Part shown: piece after piece, positions 37,010-46,932 of the stretch
Layout: every line of letters starts with the position of its first letter
Position numbering within the stretch: the stretch's first letter is position 1
Assembly: GCA_040772485.1 (NCBI GenBank)
Contig: JAXGYC010000007.1
Span: 576,001 to 640,000, forward strand
Direction: 5' to 3'
DNA: 64,000 nucleotides
DNA from: Sedimentisphaerales bacterium
GTDB lineage: Bacteria > Planctomycetota > Phycisphaerae > Sedimentisphaerales > Anaerobacaceae
Position numbers and translations under genes: made by a program
The notes under the pieces: generated by a model
The model's input: only the letters and a program-made list of their open reading frames with translations
What the model was told of the DNA's origin: nothing
Databases searched by the model: none

Positions 37010-40000
37010 AGGCCTGCGGTGATATCCAGCCGGACGGCAGTCGCCGGCGGCACGATTTCCCATTCGGATTCCGTCTTTCGGATTTCGGCGTCTCCTGTTC
37101 TTTGGCCGTCCTGGTCATATGCAGCCACCGTAATCGCCGGCCTGTCCACGAGGGTGGTAATCGCTGTCCGCACATCGTCCGGGCCAAACGAGCCTTCGGG
37201 CTTGGCGATCACGAGACGCTCAACGCCCTCGACGAGAGCGACCGAAATGCCCACGCTCTCCTTCATACGACGCACGGCGACACTGCCGCTGGTCGCGACC
37301 CCATCGAAGCGGCGCCAGGCGCCGCGGGCGTCGAGGAAGATGCAATCGGGCGAACTGGCACGGTCACAGCGTTGCCCATCGAGCAAGGCCGAGCACTCGA
37401 TGAAGCCGTCCGCCCCCAGAGCGAGCCAGCCGAACGGCGGCAGATCGTATCCGGCGTCCGGAAGCTGCCACGACTCGGACGCGTTGCCGTTGACCCATAT
37501 GCGCAGACCGTTCGGATAGTAAATGAAAATCTTCGACTTTCGCCAATCACCGCTCTGGAAGGCCTCGGAGGAACTGACCAGGCCGCGATCCGTGCCACAG
37601 CGAATCTCCTGCGGCTTGAGCATGGCGTACCGCGATTGAAGCGGCCCGAGCATGTAGTACGACCGGCAGGTCTGACGAATGCCGTGGGCCTCCTCCACCA
37701 GCCAGCCGATGTGGCCGTAGGCGATGGTCGCCGCCAGGAACTGGTCGATGCTGGCGACGATGTTCTCCGGCTTGTTCCAGCCTTCCTTGCCGCTGAAGAA
37801 CTGGCCCGTCCAGGGCACGCCGATATCGACCGACAGCGGGTGCATCTTCAGCAGGTCGAAGTGAGGCAGATAGGGATACTCCCACAGCCGCAGCCCGCTG
37901 TATGTCAGGCCATAGTTGCCCACGCACAGGCCGGCGTAGAGCCACTGGTGATGGCCCTCCGACCAGCAGTGGCCGTCGTAGACGTCCTGATCGTGCAGCA
38001 GCAGCTCGCCGTAGGCGTAGAAAGTCGCGGCGAACGTCCCAGCGCCGGGCACGCGGGCATCGAAGTCCGTCCGATCCCACGGGCTCACCGACGTGTGAAC
38101 ATCGGTGTACGCGGCATTCGTGTTGAACTTGGCCTGGACCAACGGAGCGAGCCGGCGGTCCATCTCCACGGCGAAGAGCGATTTGGGCGAGTAGCATCGC
38201 GCCCAGGCCCTGACGAGGTTGCCGTCGGGGCCGCGCATCACGCGGTCCGTGTCCCAGTGGGCGTTCACCGGCGCGAAGTCGGTGTAGTTCGTGTAGAGGC
38301 CCGAGCGCCAGCCCAGCGAACGCTGAGCGGCCACGTACTTCTGCAGCGCCTCGTCGCCGCCTTTGCCCGGCGCGGCCATCTCGCGGAACGTGAAGCTCTC
38401 GCCGCTGTCGCGCCAGGTGATCTCGTGGTTGCACTGCGTCAGCATCTCGATGCCGTAGGCGCGCAGTCTCTTCGACCGCTCGTGCTCGCTCTGGTAGTCC
38501 TGTGGACCCCAGCTTTCCTGCCAGAGCCGCGTAGCGGCCTCGCGACCGCGTTTGGCGGGAGGGTTGTCAATCGTCGCCAGCGTCTCCTCGAACACCGGCG
38601 AGAAGGTCACGAAGAACCTCTCGTAAAGGTCGTTGCGTCGTCCATCCGTCTTGGGGATGTATCGCACGCCGCCGTTGAGCTGGACCTTGTCGCCGTCGAT
38701 CTTGTCGACCGCGAACGGCGCCGAGGCGTTTGAACGGTACCAATCCATCCAGACCGAGGCGAAATACCGGACCGCGCCCTTGGACATCAGGACGTTCAGA
38801 TGGTGGCCTCCATAGTTCATGAAAGGCAGCATCAGCAGTTCCGGCTTCTCGACGCCCTCGATACGCCCGTAGGAAAGCTCGGTCGCCAGTCCGCCGGTGC
38901 AGATGCAGTCCACAACGAGGCTCTTCTGCCACAGACGCAGCGTGGACTGGATCGTCACCTCGGCCCCGTTGATGTTTGCCCGCCAGGAGGCCTTCAGTTC
39001 ACTTCCGATCGTCTGGGCCTCGATCAGCCGGACGTTCTGCGGCTCGGCGACGAATGTCAGTCCCGCCTCTGTCATGGCTTTGGCCACGACAGTTCCGTTG
39101 AGCCTGACGACGACCGGCTCCCAGAACCCGGCCCCTGGTTTGACCTCATACACCAATTGCGTCCCGGCGTCCTGGTAGGTGAACCGCCAGCCCTTGCCAG
39201 CCTGCGCCAGGTCCACCGAGAAGTCCGTCGCCAGATTCTCGGGCAGGATGGTCTGCTCGCGCGTTGGGAAAGGCAGTCGGCCTGGACCGATGTTGGCGCC
39301 TGGGGACTGGCCGGGGAATGGATCGATGCCGCGTTTCGGACGTGGTTCGAAGGAAAGTGGAGCCGGACTTTCCTTGAAGAATACCAGGTCCTCGAAGAAA
39401 AGCTCGCGGTCGTCCGTGTTGGAGCCGCCTGTGATCCGCAGACCGGCGAAGCGCAGCGGCCTCCTGTCGAGCCAACCGGCCGGCAGCACCCTGTGGATCA
39501 GCCACCATTCCTTCCAGGCCACCTGGGCGAGATCGAGCGTCAGCTCTGCGTTGTCCCGGTCGAGAACCACCAGCGTCACAGTCGTTCGCGGTGTCCCCGG
39601 CTCGGGCGCCCACGACCAGTTGTTGCCATAGACCCAGATCGTGGTCGCCGAGACATCATCCGGGATCGCTACCGGCGTCGGCGGGCGCAGAGCGACTGTG
39701 CTGGTGTTCGATGTGCCGCGATAGACCAGCCGGGCGACCGGCGATTCCCACACCCGCTGCCTCTGCGAGCCGATCAGATCGGCGACCGCGCCGTTGCTGC
39801 ACTCGACCTGCCAGCCTTCGAGCGAGTCGAAATCGACCAGCGGTGCGTGCGGCGGTTGGCGGCCGGCCCGGACGATCTCATAGGGACGAGCCCCCGGTGC
39901 TTCATCCGCCGGCATGGGCTTGGCCATGCGAGCCGTCGTGGAACTTGATTCCGCGTGCAGCGTGCCGGCAAGCGCCATCAGCGCGACCAAGGCACCGCGA

Positions 40001-40038
40001 GCAGGCCAGGATCTGCCGTTAATCGTATGGGACGTCAT
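37006..40038 (-). CDS. Large secreted hypothetical protein with a GH101/DUF5696-like TIM-barrel region
   Basis: AGGAG 8 nt before ATG 40038, signal peptide, KGGDEAL..Y, GLYTNYTD, AAYTDVH, WSEG motifs reminiscent of GH101/GH129-type folds. Confidence 0.65.
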   Translation of the reverse strand: MTSHTINGRSWPARGALVALMALAGTLHAESSSTTARMAKPMPADEAPGARPYEIVRAGRQPPHAPLVDFDSLEGWQVECSNGAVADLIGSQRQRVWESPVARLVYRGTSNTSTVALRPPTPVAIPDDVSATTIWVYGNNWSWAPEPGTPRTTVTLVVLDRDNAELTLDLAQVAWKEWWLIHRVLPAGWLDRRPLRFAGLRITGGSNTDDRELFFEDLVFFKESPAPLSFEPRPKRGIDPFPGQSPGANIGPGRLPFPTREQTILPENLATDFSVDLAQAGKGWRFTYQDAGTQLVYEVKPGAGFWEPVVVRLNGTVVAKAMTEAGLTFVAEPQNVRLIEAQTIGSELKASWRANINGAEVTIQSTLRLWQKSLVVDCICTGGLATELSYGRIEGVEKPELLMLPFMNYGGHHLNVLMSKGAVRYFASVWMDWYRSNASAPFAVDKIDGDKVQLNGGVRYIPKTDGRRNDLYERFFVTFSPVFEETLATIDNPPAKRGREAATRLWQESWGPQDYQSEHERSKRLRAYGIEMLTQCNHEITWRDSGESFTFREMAAPGKGGDEALQKYVAAQRSLGWRSGLYTNYTDFAPVNAHWDTDRVMRGPDGNLVRAWARCYSPKSLFAVEMDRRLAPLVQAKFNTNAAYTDVHTSVSPWDRTDFDARVPGAGTFAATFYAYGELLLHDQDVYDGHCWSEGHHQWLYAGLCVGNYGLTYSGLRLWEYPYLPHFDLLKMHPLSVDIGVPWTGQFFSGKEGWNKPENIVASIDQFLAATIAYGHIGWLVEEAHGIRQTCRSYYMLGPLQSRYAMLKPQEIRCGTDRGLVSSSEAFQSGDWRKSKIFIYYPNGLRIWVNGNASESWQLPDAGYDLPPFGWLALGADGFIECSALLDGQRCDRASSPDCIFLDARGAWRRFDGVATSGSVAVRRMKESVGISVALVEGVERLVIAKPEGSFGPDDVRTAITTLVDRPAITVAAYDQDGQRTGDAEIRKTESEWEIVPPATAVRLDITAGL

Positions 40039-40091
40039 GTGAAGACTCCTACAACGTACTGTTCCGCCGCAACCTGATCGCCGATGGTTGC

Positions 40092-43000
40092 TCATCGGTA
40101 ATGCGCAACGACCGTCAAGGCATCGAGGTCCGACGGCAACGTAATGATTCCCTGATCCGCGTCGAACCGATCGTGCGGACGCCCGTTGACCTCCACGCGG
40201 TCGAGCCGACGGCTCTCCGGGTGCCGCAGTCGAATCACGATCGCCTCCGGCCTGTCACGCCGGGGCGCCGTTATGGCAATCTCGATGCGCCCCGCATCCA
40301 CCTGCGACGAAATCCGGTAGCTGACCGGCCCGAAGCGCGTCGGGCAGTTGCTCGCGGTCAACTGCTTGCCGTCTTCCAGCCACTCAGTCGGGATCAACGG
40401 GGCCAGCCACAGCGTCCGGCCACGCTCCATGACCAGCATCTGCCGCGTCTGGTAGAGAAAGTACCCCGTCTCGTGCGTCTTGTCCCATGCCCCGCTGTGC
40501 CGGAAGTGCTCCCAGAAGGTCATCACCTCGGGGTTCACCAGGGACGCGATCGAGTTGAAGTACGTGCGGAGGAAGGGCTTCACGTCATCGCGCAGCGCGT
40601 AGACTTCCGCGTTGCGGGCGTAGTATGGCTGCACCTTGGAGAACCCGCCCAAGTGGAACCAGTCCTGCCGGTTGCGTTCTGCGGGATAGTCGAACCACCC
40701 GTCCCCCAGGAAGTGGACATCCTCCATGTGGTCCATCATGCGTGTGACCTCGGGATCGTTCGGGTCGAACACACCGGCCGGGACCAACTGATGCGCCCCC
40801 AGCTCGACGTCGTACGCCCACGTGCGGCCCATGTCCTGGCCGGGGAAGAAGTCGGCCAGCAGTCCGGGGCTGTGCACCTGCGAGGGGTAATGGGGAATCC
40901 ACGTGCCGTCGCGCAGCGGCAGAACCGGCGACTGCGCCTGGGTCCAGCGATAGGCCGCGAACAGGCAGTTGCGCAGCTCGTCCGCCTGCTGTTGAAAAAC
41001 CGCCGCCTTCGGGTGGCCGATGTCCCCCAGTACAGCCCCGAGGTCACGAAGCGCCGCGTAGTAATAGGCGTTCATGCAGAAGTGACAGGCGAATGCGTTC
41101 CAGTCGGCCAGGACGCCGGGAGGCATCAGGCCGTATTCCGGCCTGCGCTGCCCGTGGGCATCGAGCGCCCTGGTCTTGGCCAGTTGCCGAACGATCCAGT
41201 CCCCGACGCGTGCGATCTGGGACGCATGCCTCTGGAGCCAGACCGAGTCGCCTGTGAGCTCGCAGTGCTGCGCCAGCGTCCAGAGGTGCCACGCCGTGCC
41301 GAAGGTCGTGTAGCCGGTGGTCAGGAAGCCGTTGGCGTTGTAGCGGTGGATGAAGAACTCCAGGCCGCGTCGAGCGAATTCGCCGTGGCCGAGGAAGTCC
41401 ATCCCGCGAATCACGGAGTGGGCTTCGCTCTCGTACGGACCATACGACATCGCAGCGATCCACGGCGCAACGCGTGCGCCGTCGGCCTCGTTACGTGCGG
41501 CGATCAAACAGCGCAGTTGCGAGGAACGAACGAGATCGTTGATGAACGGATCGGGCGTGTCGATCTGCATGGCGGGCGCCAGAACGGCCTGCCAGTAGGA
41601 CTCCACGTCGCGGCGCAGCTCGGAGACGGCCCCCACGCTCGGAAGATCGCCGGCGGGAGGCTGAAGGATTGCGACGAAGCCCGCGCTTCCGCGGGGCGGC
41701 AACGTGCCACTCAATTGGAGCCGACCATCCGAGACGTGCAGCTTCGGATCGCTCGAAGAAGCGATGGTGATCGACCCCAACACGACGCCCTCGGCTTCGA
41801 GCCGGAAGCCGTCTTCGATCGGCGTAAGCGCCGCCAGCCGCTCGCCTCGACTGTCGAGCACGATATCCAGGCCGGCCGACACGGGATTGGCATCCTCTCG
41901 AAGGTTCTTCCAGGTGAACTCGGCCACACAGACGGCGGGACGGTTCAGACGGGCCGGATCGCTGCCGGGATCGTCGACGGGCGCGACGAACACGCGCTGC
42001 GTGCAGACAATCCCCTCATGTTCCGTGGTAATGACCGGGATGGGAAGCCAGCCCCCTTCGAGCCGCCGAGCCCGCTTGTCGGCCTGGCCCGATCCCCATC
42101 GCAGTTGCATCCTGCCGGCAGAACCGAACCAGTCTCCGCCCTCGCCGGCGGCCGCCTGGAAACGCAATGTGCCGTCCCGCTCCAGCACGTACTTCGTGTT
42201 GTCGCAGGCCAGCGACAGCATCACCGGGCCTTCGCTCTGGAGCGGATTGTGCGTCCGCGCCATCGCCTGGGCCAGCGTCTGGTCCGACCGCACCCGCACT
42301 TCCTGGAGGATTGTGCGACGGGCCTCTACCTTCCGGCGGTAGTCGGCCGGACTGATCGGCGCCGGGTCCCGCGTGACGAACAGACCGTGGTCGGGCAGAT
42401 AGACGCACTCGTTCGCGAGCACATCCTCGACCGCCACACCAAACGCCCCCGTCGGCAATCGAAACTGAATCACTGTCCGATCCGCATTCAGAGAGGAGGG
42501 TCGTGCGAATCGAACCTCCAGGTGCAGAGGACTGGACAAGGTCACTTCCGGCTCGACCGGCCCGAGGAATTCTCCGTTGTAGATAGCGATCCCCACAGGA
42601 GCCTGCGCCGATGCGGAATCCGTCTGCACCAGCAGCCGCGTCGTGTCCCAGCGGGTTCGCGTGAACGCGGCCAGGTCACGTACGCGCCACGAGGCCGCCA
42701 CAGGCGGCAGAATCCAACGGACCTTCCGCGTCAGGAGACGGTCGCCTTCGGGCGATCGCATGGACAGCCGGCAGACCACTTCGTTGCCCTCGGCGACGAT
42801 GTCGCCGCTGAGCGGCTTCCATTGCCCCTGCCAGGCGGACTCGCCAAACCAGCCCTCCACACGAATGCTGTTGACGGCAGAGGGAGCGGTAGGCCCCGAC
42901 AGACGCAACCGCAGCTCCCGCAGCGCGCGGCGGTTCAACCATTGGAGCCCGATGCAGCGGTAGCCACCCGCCCTCGTCGGTATCGCATAGCTGCCGTCGG

Positions 43001-43685
43001 CCTCGCGGACCAAATCGGTTTCGAGAAACAGGTCTTCTGCGGCGAACTCCTGGAGTCGGTTGGCGCGGCAGCCGTCTTTGCGGTCCGGGTCCCAGGTCAC
43101 CACCCGCGCGAAACGGGCCATGTTCACGGCGGGCGGGCGCGCGATCGTCGCGACATCGGAGCGCGTGAGCCGGGCATCGGCCCAGTTCGCCATGTCGCAG
43201 GTGATTCCGTCGCCGGCGTCGCCCGCATCCAGTCGAAGCTCCTGCGCACCCTCGACGTTCACGTGCACGGTCTTGGCGCCGTCTGCCAGCCGGAGAATCC
43301 CGCTTTCAAAACGCATCTCGCCATCCACGGACACACGGAAGACGACGCTACCCCCACCGGCGCCGCACGGCTGCAAGCCAACCTCGGCGTCAAACCAGGC
43401 GAACTCGCCGTCGAGCAGTACAACCAGCGTGCCGCTGGCGTGGTGTCCCAGGCCCTTTGCGAACTGCCGATCGCCGATCCGCAGAGGATCGCCGGCCTTG
43501 TCCGGGCGGACACCGGGATCGTAGGCGGCTGTGTTCAGCCCCAGCTCGCCCCAGGACTGACTTTGACTGGCAATGCGTTCGGGCACATCGCCAAGGTATT
43601 CGATTTCAGCCGTCCCGCTCCCTGCGGCCGGCACCAATGCAGAGGCCAGAACGCCCACGCAACAAACCAAGGTTCTCGCTCGCAT
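40092..43685 (-). CDS. Secreted NPCBM/NEW2-domain protein with C-terminal six-hairpin glycosidase-like domain
   Basis: GAGGA RBS; FAKGLGHHA, FDAEVG, GSVVFRV, DGITCDMANWADA; C-terminal GLMPPG..ADW, NAYYY, FWEH, PTRFGPVSY. Confidence 0.85.
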   Translation of the reverse strand: MRARTLVCCVGVLASALVPAAGSGTAEIEYLGDVPERIASQSQSWGELGLNTAAYDPGVRPDKAGDPLRIGDRQFAKGLGHHASGTLVVLLDGEFAWFDAEVGLQPCGAGGGSVVFRVSVDGEMRFESGILRLADGAKTVHVNVEGAQELRLDAGDAGDGITCDMANWADARLTRSDVATIARPPAVNMARFARVVTWDPDRKDGCRANRLQEFAAEDLFLETDLVREADGSYAIPTRAGGYRCIGLQWLNRRALRELRLRLSGPTAPSAVNSIRVEGWFGESAWQGQWKPLSGDIVAEGNEVVCRLSMRSPEGDRLLTRKVRWILPPVAASWRVRDLAAFTRTRWDTTRLLVQTDSASAQAPVGIAIYNGEFLGPVEPEVTLSSPLHLEVRFARPSSLNADRTVIQFRLPTGAFGVAVEDVLANECVYLPDHGLFVTRDPAPISPADYRRKVEARRTILQEVRVRSDQTLAQAMARTHNPLQSEGPVMLSLACDNTKYVLERDGTLRFQAAAGEGGDWFGSAGRMQLRWGSGQADKRARRLEGGWLPIPVITTEHEGIVCTQRVFVAPVDDPGSDPARLNRPAVCVAEFTWKNLREDANPVSAGLDIVLDSRGERLAALTPIEDGFRLEAEGVVLGSITIASSSDPKLHVSDGRLQLSGTLPPRGSAGFVAILQPPAGDLPSVGAVSELRRDVESYWQAVLAPAMQIDTPDPFINDLVRSSQLRCLIAARNEADGARVAPWIAAMSYGPYESEAHSVIRGMDFLGHGEFARRGLEFFIHRYNANGFLTTGYTTFGTAWHLWTLAQHCELTGDSVWLQRHASQIARVGDWIVRQLAKTRALDAHGQRRPEYGLMPPGVLADWNAFACHFCMNAYYYAALRDLGAVLGDIGHPKAAVFQQQADELRNCLFAAYRWTQAQSPVLPLRDGTWIPHYPSQVHSPGLLADFFPGQDMGRTWAYDVELGAHQLVPAGVFDPNDPEVTRMMDHMEDVHFLGDGWFDYPAERNRQDWFHLGGFSKVQPYYARNAEVYALRDDVKPFLRTYFNSIASLVNPEVMTFWEHFRHSGAWDKTHETGYFLYQTRQMLVMERGRTLWLAPLIPTEWLEDGKQLTASNCPTRFGPVSYRISSQVDAGRIEIAITAPRRDRPEAIVIRLRHPESRRLDRVEVNGRPHDRFDADQGIITLPSDLDALTVVAHYR

Positions 43686-43698
43686 AGCCAATCCTCTA

Positions 43699-43765
43699 TT
43701 CGCAGTTCTCAGTCGCCAGTTGTCAGTTCCCAGCCCACTGCCAACTGGCGAGTGAGAACTGCGAA
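43699..43765. repeat. Inverted heptamer element (CAGTTNN / NNAACTG)
   Basis: 29-bp arms at 43699-43727 and 43737-43765 complementary with 2 mismatches; 7-bp internal periodicity. Confidence 0.8.
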
Positions 43766-43784
43766 CTGTCCAGCGACGGTCAGG

Positions 43785-43790
43785 ATTATA
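43785..43790 (-). promoter_or_regulatory. -10 element TATAAT for the NPCBM/GH operon
   Basis: Perfect TATAAT 100 bp upstream of the start; TTCAAT 17 bp further upstream. Confidence 0.5.
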
Positions 43791-43899
43791 CGAGATCCGG
43801 GCCGCCGATTGAAACACGATTCTCTCACGTGGCAACCACAACTCTGATATACTCCATTGCTCATCTCGCTATCGGCCGCTACACTGGCGTTTACACGTT

Positions 43900-43975
43900 G
43901 TGGGGGCGAATAATCATTCGCCCCTACCGTATGCCCCTTCGGCAAGCTCAGGGCAGGCTCTTACGGGCACACTAC
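43900..43975. repeat. Composite repeat: family A REP followed by a family B REP interrupted by CTTCGGCAAGCTCAGGGCAGGC
   Basis: gtatgccc[cttcggcaagctcagggcaggctc]ttacgggcacactac is the reverse complement of 49852-49874 plus a 24-bp insert. Confidence 0.8.
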
Positions 43976-44017
43976 GAGCGGCCGGCAGATGGGAGACACG
44001 AGATGAAGGAAGGGACC

Positions 44018-45502
44018 ATGTTCAGATCCATCGTGACGCGACGGGCGTTCTTGCGGCGTACAGGCGGCATCGTCGCCGCGCCCCTGCTCGGGTCCGCCAC
44101 AGGCGGAACGGCGCAGGCGGGGGAAGATTCGCAGGAGCTGCAGCGCATCGAGCAGGCCATCCCCGCCGAGGCGCCCGCCGTGCCAAGCCGACCGCGCAAG
44201 CTGCTGATCTTCGACCTGAACGTCGGCTATGGCGGCCACGCCTCCATCACCACCGCGAACACCGCGTTCGCACTGATGGGCAAGAGGACCGGCGCATTCG
44301 AAACGGTGGTCAGCAGGGATCCGGCCATATTCGAGCCGGCCAGTCTGCGACAATTCGACGCGGTGTTTTTCAACAACACGGTGGGCAATTGCTTCGAGGA
44401 CCCCGCCCTGAGGCAGAGCCTGGTCGAGTTCGTCTACAGCGGCGGCGGGTTGATGGGCGTCCACGGCACGTCCGTCGCCTTCACGAAGTGGCCCGGTGCG
44501 ATCGAGGACTGGCCCGAGTTCGGCATCATGCTCGGCGCCCGCGGCGCCAATCACAAGGCCAACAACGAGCACGTCTTCATCAAGCTGGACGATCCGACCC
44601 ACCCGGTGAACCAGGTCTTCGGCGGGCAGGACTTCGACTACCGCGACGAGTTCTTCCGCGTCCACGAGCCGTACTCGCGGGACCGCGTTCGCGTGCTCAT
44701 GAGCATCGACACGGCCAGGACCGACATGCAACAGCAGCCGGCGTATGGGGCGGTCGTGCGGGCCGACAACGATTACGCGCTGGCGTGGGTGCGCCAGTAC
44801 GGACGCGGACGCGTCTTCTACTGCGGCTTCGCCCACCACCCGTCTGTCTTCTGGGACCCGAAGATGCTGCGGTTCTACCTGGCGGCCACGCAGTTCGCCC
44901 TCGGCGACCTTCCGGCTCCGACGACGCCCAGCGCCAAGCTCACCCCTGCCATCCGCGCGCAGGAGCGACTCGGCTGGCGTTTGGCCCTGGTGCCGCCGGC
45001 ATCGAGAGAACGGGCGAATGATGATTCGCCCCTACATCTCTTCGAACTGATCGATAAAGCGGCAGAACACGGCCTGCTGTATGTCGGCGGCAGCAATCGA
45101 CAGAAGATCAGTCGAGATATCCCCAAGACGTTCCACGACCGACTGACCGCTGAGGAGACGGAGCAGATTCGACTCAAGCTGGATGCTGCAAGCGTCCGCC
45201 TGCTCACCTATCACCTGGACGCGATGCCGTCCGACAGCGCGGGCCAACTGAAAATCGTCGAATTTGCCCAAAAGATGGGCATCGAGGCCGTCGTCGCACC
45301 AGGGACAAGGATTGCACCGGAAGGCAGACTCCCCCAGATCGTCGTCTTGGACAAGCCCACGCGCGTCAGAGGCATCGATTCGCTTCTCGACGAGACGCGT
45401 CGGCAAGAGCAAGGTCCCGTGGTCTTCTGCGTCGAGTCCGGCGACGACGAATTGGAGCAGATGATCGAGACTTTTAACAAGGCTGTAGCCAAGCCGACCT
45501 GA
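44018..45502 (+). CDS. Tat-exported ThuA-like domain protein with a degenerate C-terminal TIM-barrel domain
   Basis: TRRAFL; FDAVFFNNT, GGGLMGVH, DDPTHP, RDEF, YGRGRVFYCGFAH; C-terminal LGWRL...IDKAAEHGL. Confidence 0.85.
   Translation: MFRSIVTRRAFLRRTGGIVAAPLLGSATGGTAQAGEDSQELQRIEQAIPAEAPAVPSRPRKLLIFDLNVGYGGHASITTANTAFALMGKRTGAFETVVSRDPAIFEPASLRQFDAVFFNNTVGNCFEDPALRQSLVEFVYSGGGLMGVHGTSVAFTKWPGAIEDWPEFGIMLGARGANHKANNEHVFIKLDDPTHPVNQVFGGQDFDYRDEFFRVHEPYSRDRVRVLMSIDTARTDMQQQPAYGAVVRADNDYALAWVRQYGRGRVFYCGFAHHPSVFWDPKMLRFYLAATQFALGDLPAPTTPSAKLTPAIRAQERLGWRLALVPPASRERANDDSPLHLFELIDKAAEHGLLYVGGSNRQKISRDIPKTFHDRLTAEETEQIRLKLDAASVRLLTYHLDAMPSDSAGQLKIVEFAQKMGIEAVVAPGTRIAPEGRLPQIVVLDKPTRVRGIDSLLDETRRQEQGPVVFCVESGDDELEQMIETFNKAVAKPT
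45008..45035. repeat. Family A REP in frame inside the ThuA gene
   Basis: gaacgggcgaatgatgattcgcccctac, translated within ERANDDSPL. Confidence 0.8.
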
Positions 45503-45513
45503 GGTGTAGCCAT

Positions 45514-46911
45514 ATGACACAAGACAGACATGTCGAGCGATTTTCAAGGCGTCAGTTCATCCAACGAACAGCAACCGTTTCCGGCGCGCTCGCAGTTCCG
45601 TGGATCGTGCCGTCCTCGGTCTGTGGCGCCCAAGGCAATACCGCGCCGAGCGGGCGGATCACCGTCGGTCTGATCGGGCACGGGTGCATGGGCCAGGGCC
45701 ATCTGCACCGGCTGGCCGGCGACTCGGAGATACAGGTGCTGGCCGTCTGCGACGTGGACGCGGTGCGCCGCGACGAAGCCAAGCAGCGTGTCGAGGCCGC
45801 CTACGCCGCTCGCCGCCCCGCCGGCACGTATCGCGGCTGCGACAGCTACAACGACTACCGCGAGCTGCTGGCCCGCCCGGACATCGACGCGGTCGTGATC
45901 GTCACGCCGGACCATTGGCACGCGATGCAGTCGATCCATGCGATGGAGGCCGGCAAGGACGTCTACTGCGAAAAACCGATCTCGTTGACCGTTCGCGAGG
46001 GCCGCCGATTGGTCCAGACGGCGCAGCGCTACAGCCGGATCTTCCAGACAGGAACGCAGTACCGCTCCATTTCGACGATTCGCCAGGTCTGCGCGTTCGT
46101 GCGAAGCGGCGGGCTGGGCCAAGTCAGGTCGGTATTCACACTCTGGCAGCCCCTGGGCGAGAACTTCGGTCGTTCGTACGCGCCTGTGAGCCCGGCGTTG
46201 GCGGCCGAGCCGGCGCCCGAGGGGTTGGACTGGGACCTGTGGGTCGGCCCCGCCCCATGGCAGCCGTACAACCGCGCCTTCCACCGAAACCCCATTCCCG
46301 GCGTAGTGCCCTGGGCATTCCACGATGATTTCGGCGCCGGCGCGGTCACGTGGTACCACTCGCACGCTGCGGACGTGATTCAGTATGCGCTGGGCGCCGA
46401 GAACAGCGGGCCGGTCGAGTTCATCCACCCGAGTACGGGCCAATACCCGACGCTCACCTGCCGTTACGCCAACGGCACGCTCCTGCACCTGGTGGACCAC
46501 TGGGGCATGGTGAAGGACGTGTACAAGGCCGTGCCCTCGAACGCCAGGCTGGAAGGCAACTTCGGCGGCGTGTTCGTCGGCGAGCGAGGCTGGGTCACGT
46601 CGATGAGCACCGGCGGGCCAATCGAGGGCGGCCCCGACGACCTCTTCGGGCGGATGAAGCTAACGACGCGCGAGGTGAACATCGGCGACAACGACCATCA
46701 CGCCAACTGGTTCGACTGCATTCGCACGCGGCGCCAGCCGAACTGCCCCCCGGAGATCGGCCATCGCGGCGCCTCGCTGGGACATCTGACCATCCTTGCC
46801 TACAAGCTCGGACGGTCACTGAAATGGGACCCCGCAAAGGAAGAATTCGTTGGCGACCCGGAGGCCACGCGCCTGCTAGCCCGCGCGACGCGCAGTCCCT
46901 GGAGATTGTGA
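45514..46911 (+). CDS. Tat-exported Gfo/Idh/MocA oxidoreductase
   Basis: SRRQFI, GLIGHGCMG, DAVVIVTPDHWH, DVYCEKP, QTGTQYRS, LDWDLWVGPAP. Confidence 0.93.
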   Translation: MTQDRHVERFSRRQFIQRTATVSGALAVPWIVPSSVCGAQGNTAPSGRITVGLIGHGCMGQGHLHRLAGDSEIQVLAVCDVDAVRRDEAKQRVEAAYAARRPAGTYRGCDSYNDYRELLARPDIDAVVIVTPDHWHAMQSIHAMEAGKDVYCEKPISLTVREGRRLVQTAQRYSRIFQTGTQYRSISTIRQVCAFVRSGGLGQVRSVFTLWQPLGENFGRSYAPVSPALAAEPAPEGLDWDLWVGPAPWQPYNRAFHRNPIPGVVPWAFHDDFGAGAVTWYHSHAADVIQYALGAENSGPVEFIHPSTGQYPTLTCRYANGTLLHLVDHWGMVKDVYKAVPSNARLEGNFGGVFVGERGWVTSMSTGGPIEGGPDDLFGRMKLTTREVNIGDNDHHANWFDCIRTRRQPNCPPEIGHRGASLGHLTILAYKLGRSLKWDPAKEEFVGDPEATRLLARATRSPWRL

Positions 46912-46932
46912 GGGCATAGCGGAGACGACAAG

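Noticed and set aside
40101..43847. 1248-aa plus-strand ORF (and similar long antisense ORFs at 516-2750, 17157-19430, 59476-62151)
   Set aside because: Each overlaps a well-supported gene on the opposite strand and has Arg/Ala-rich non-protein-like composition
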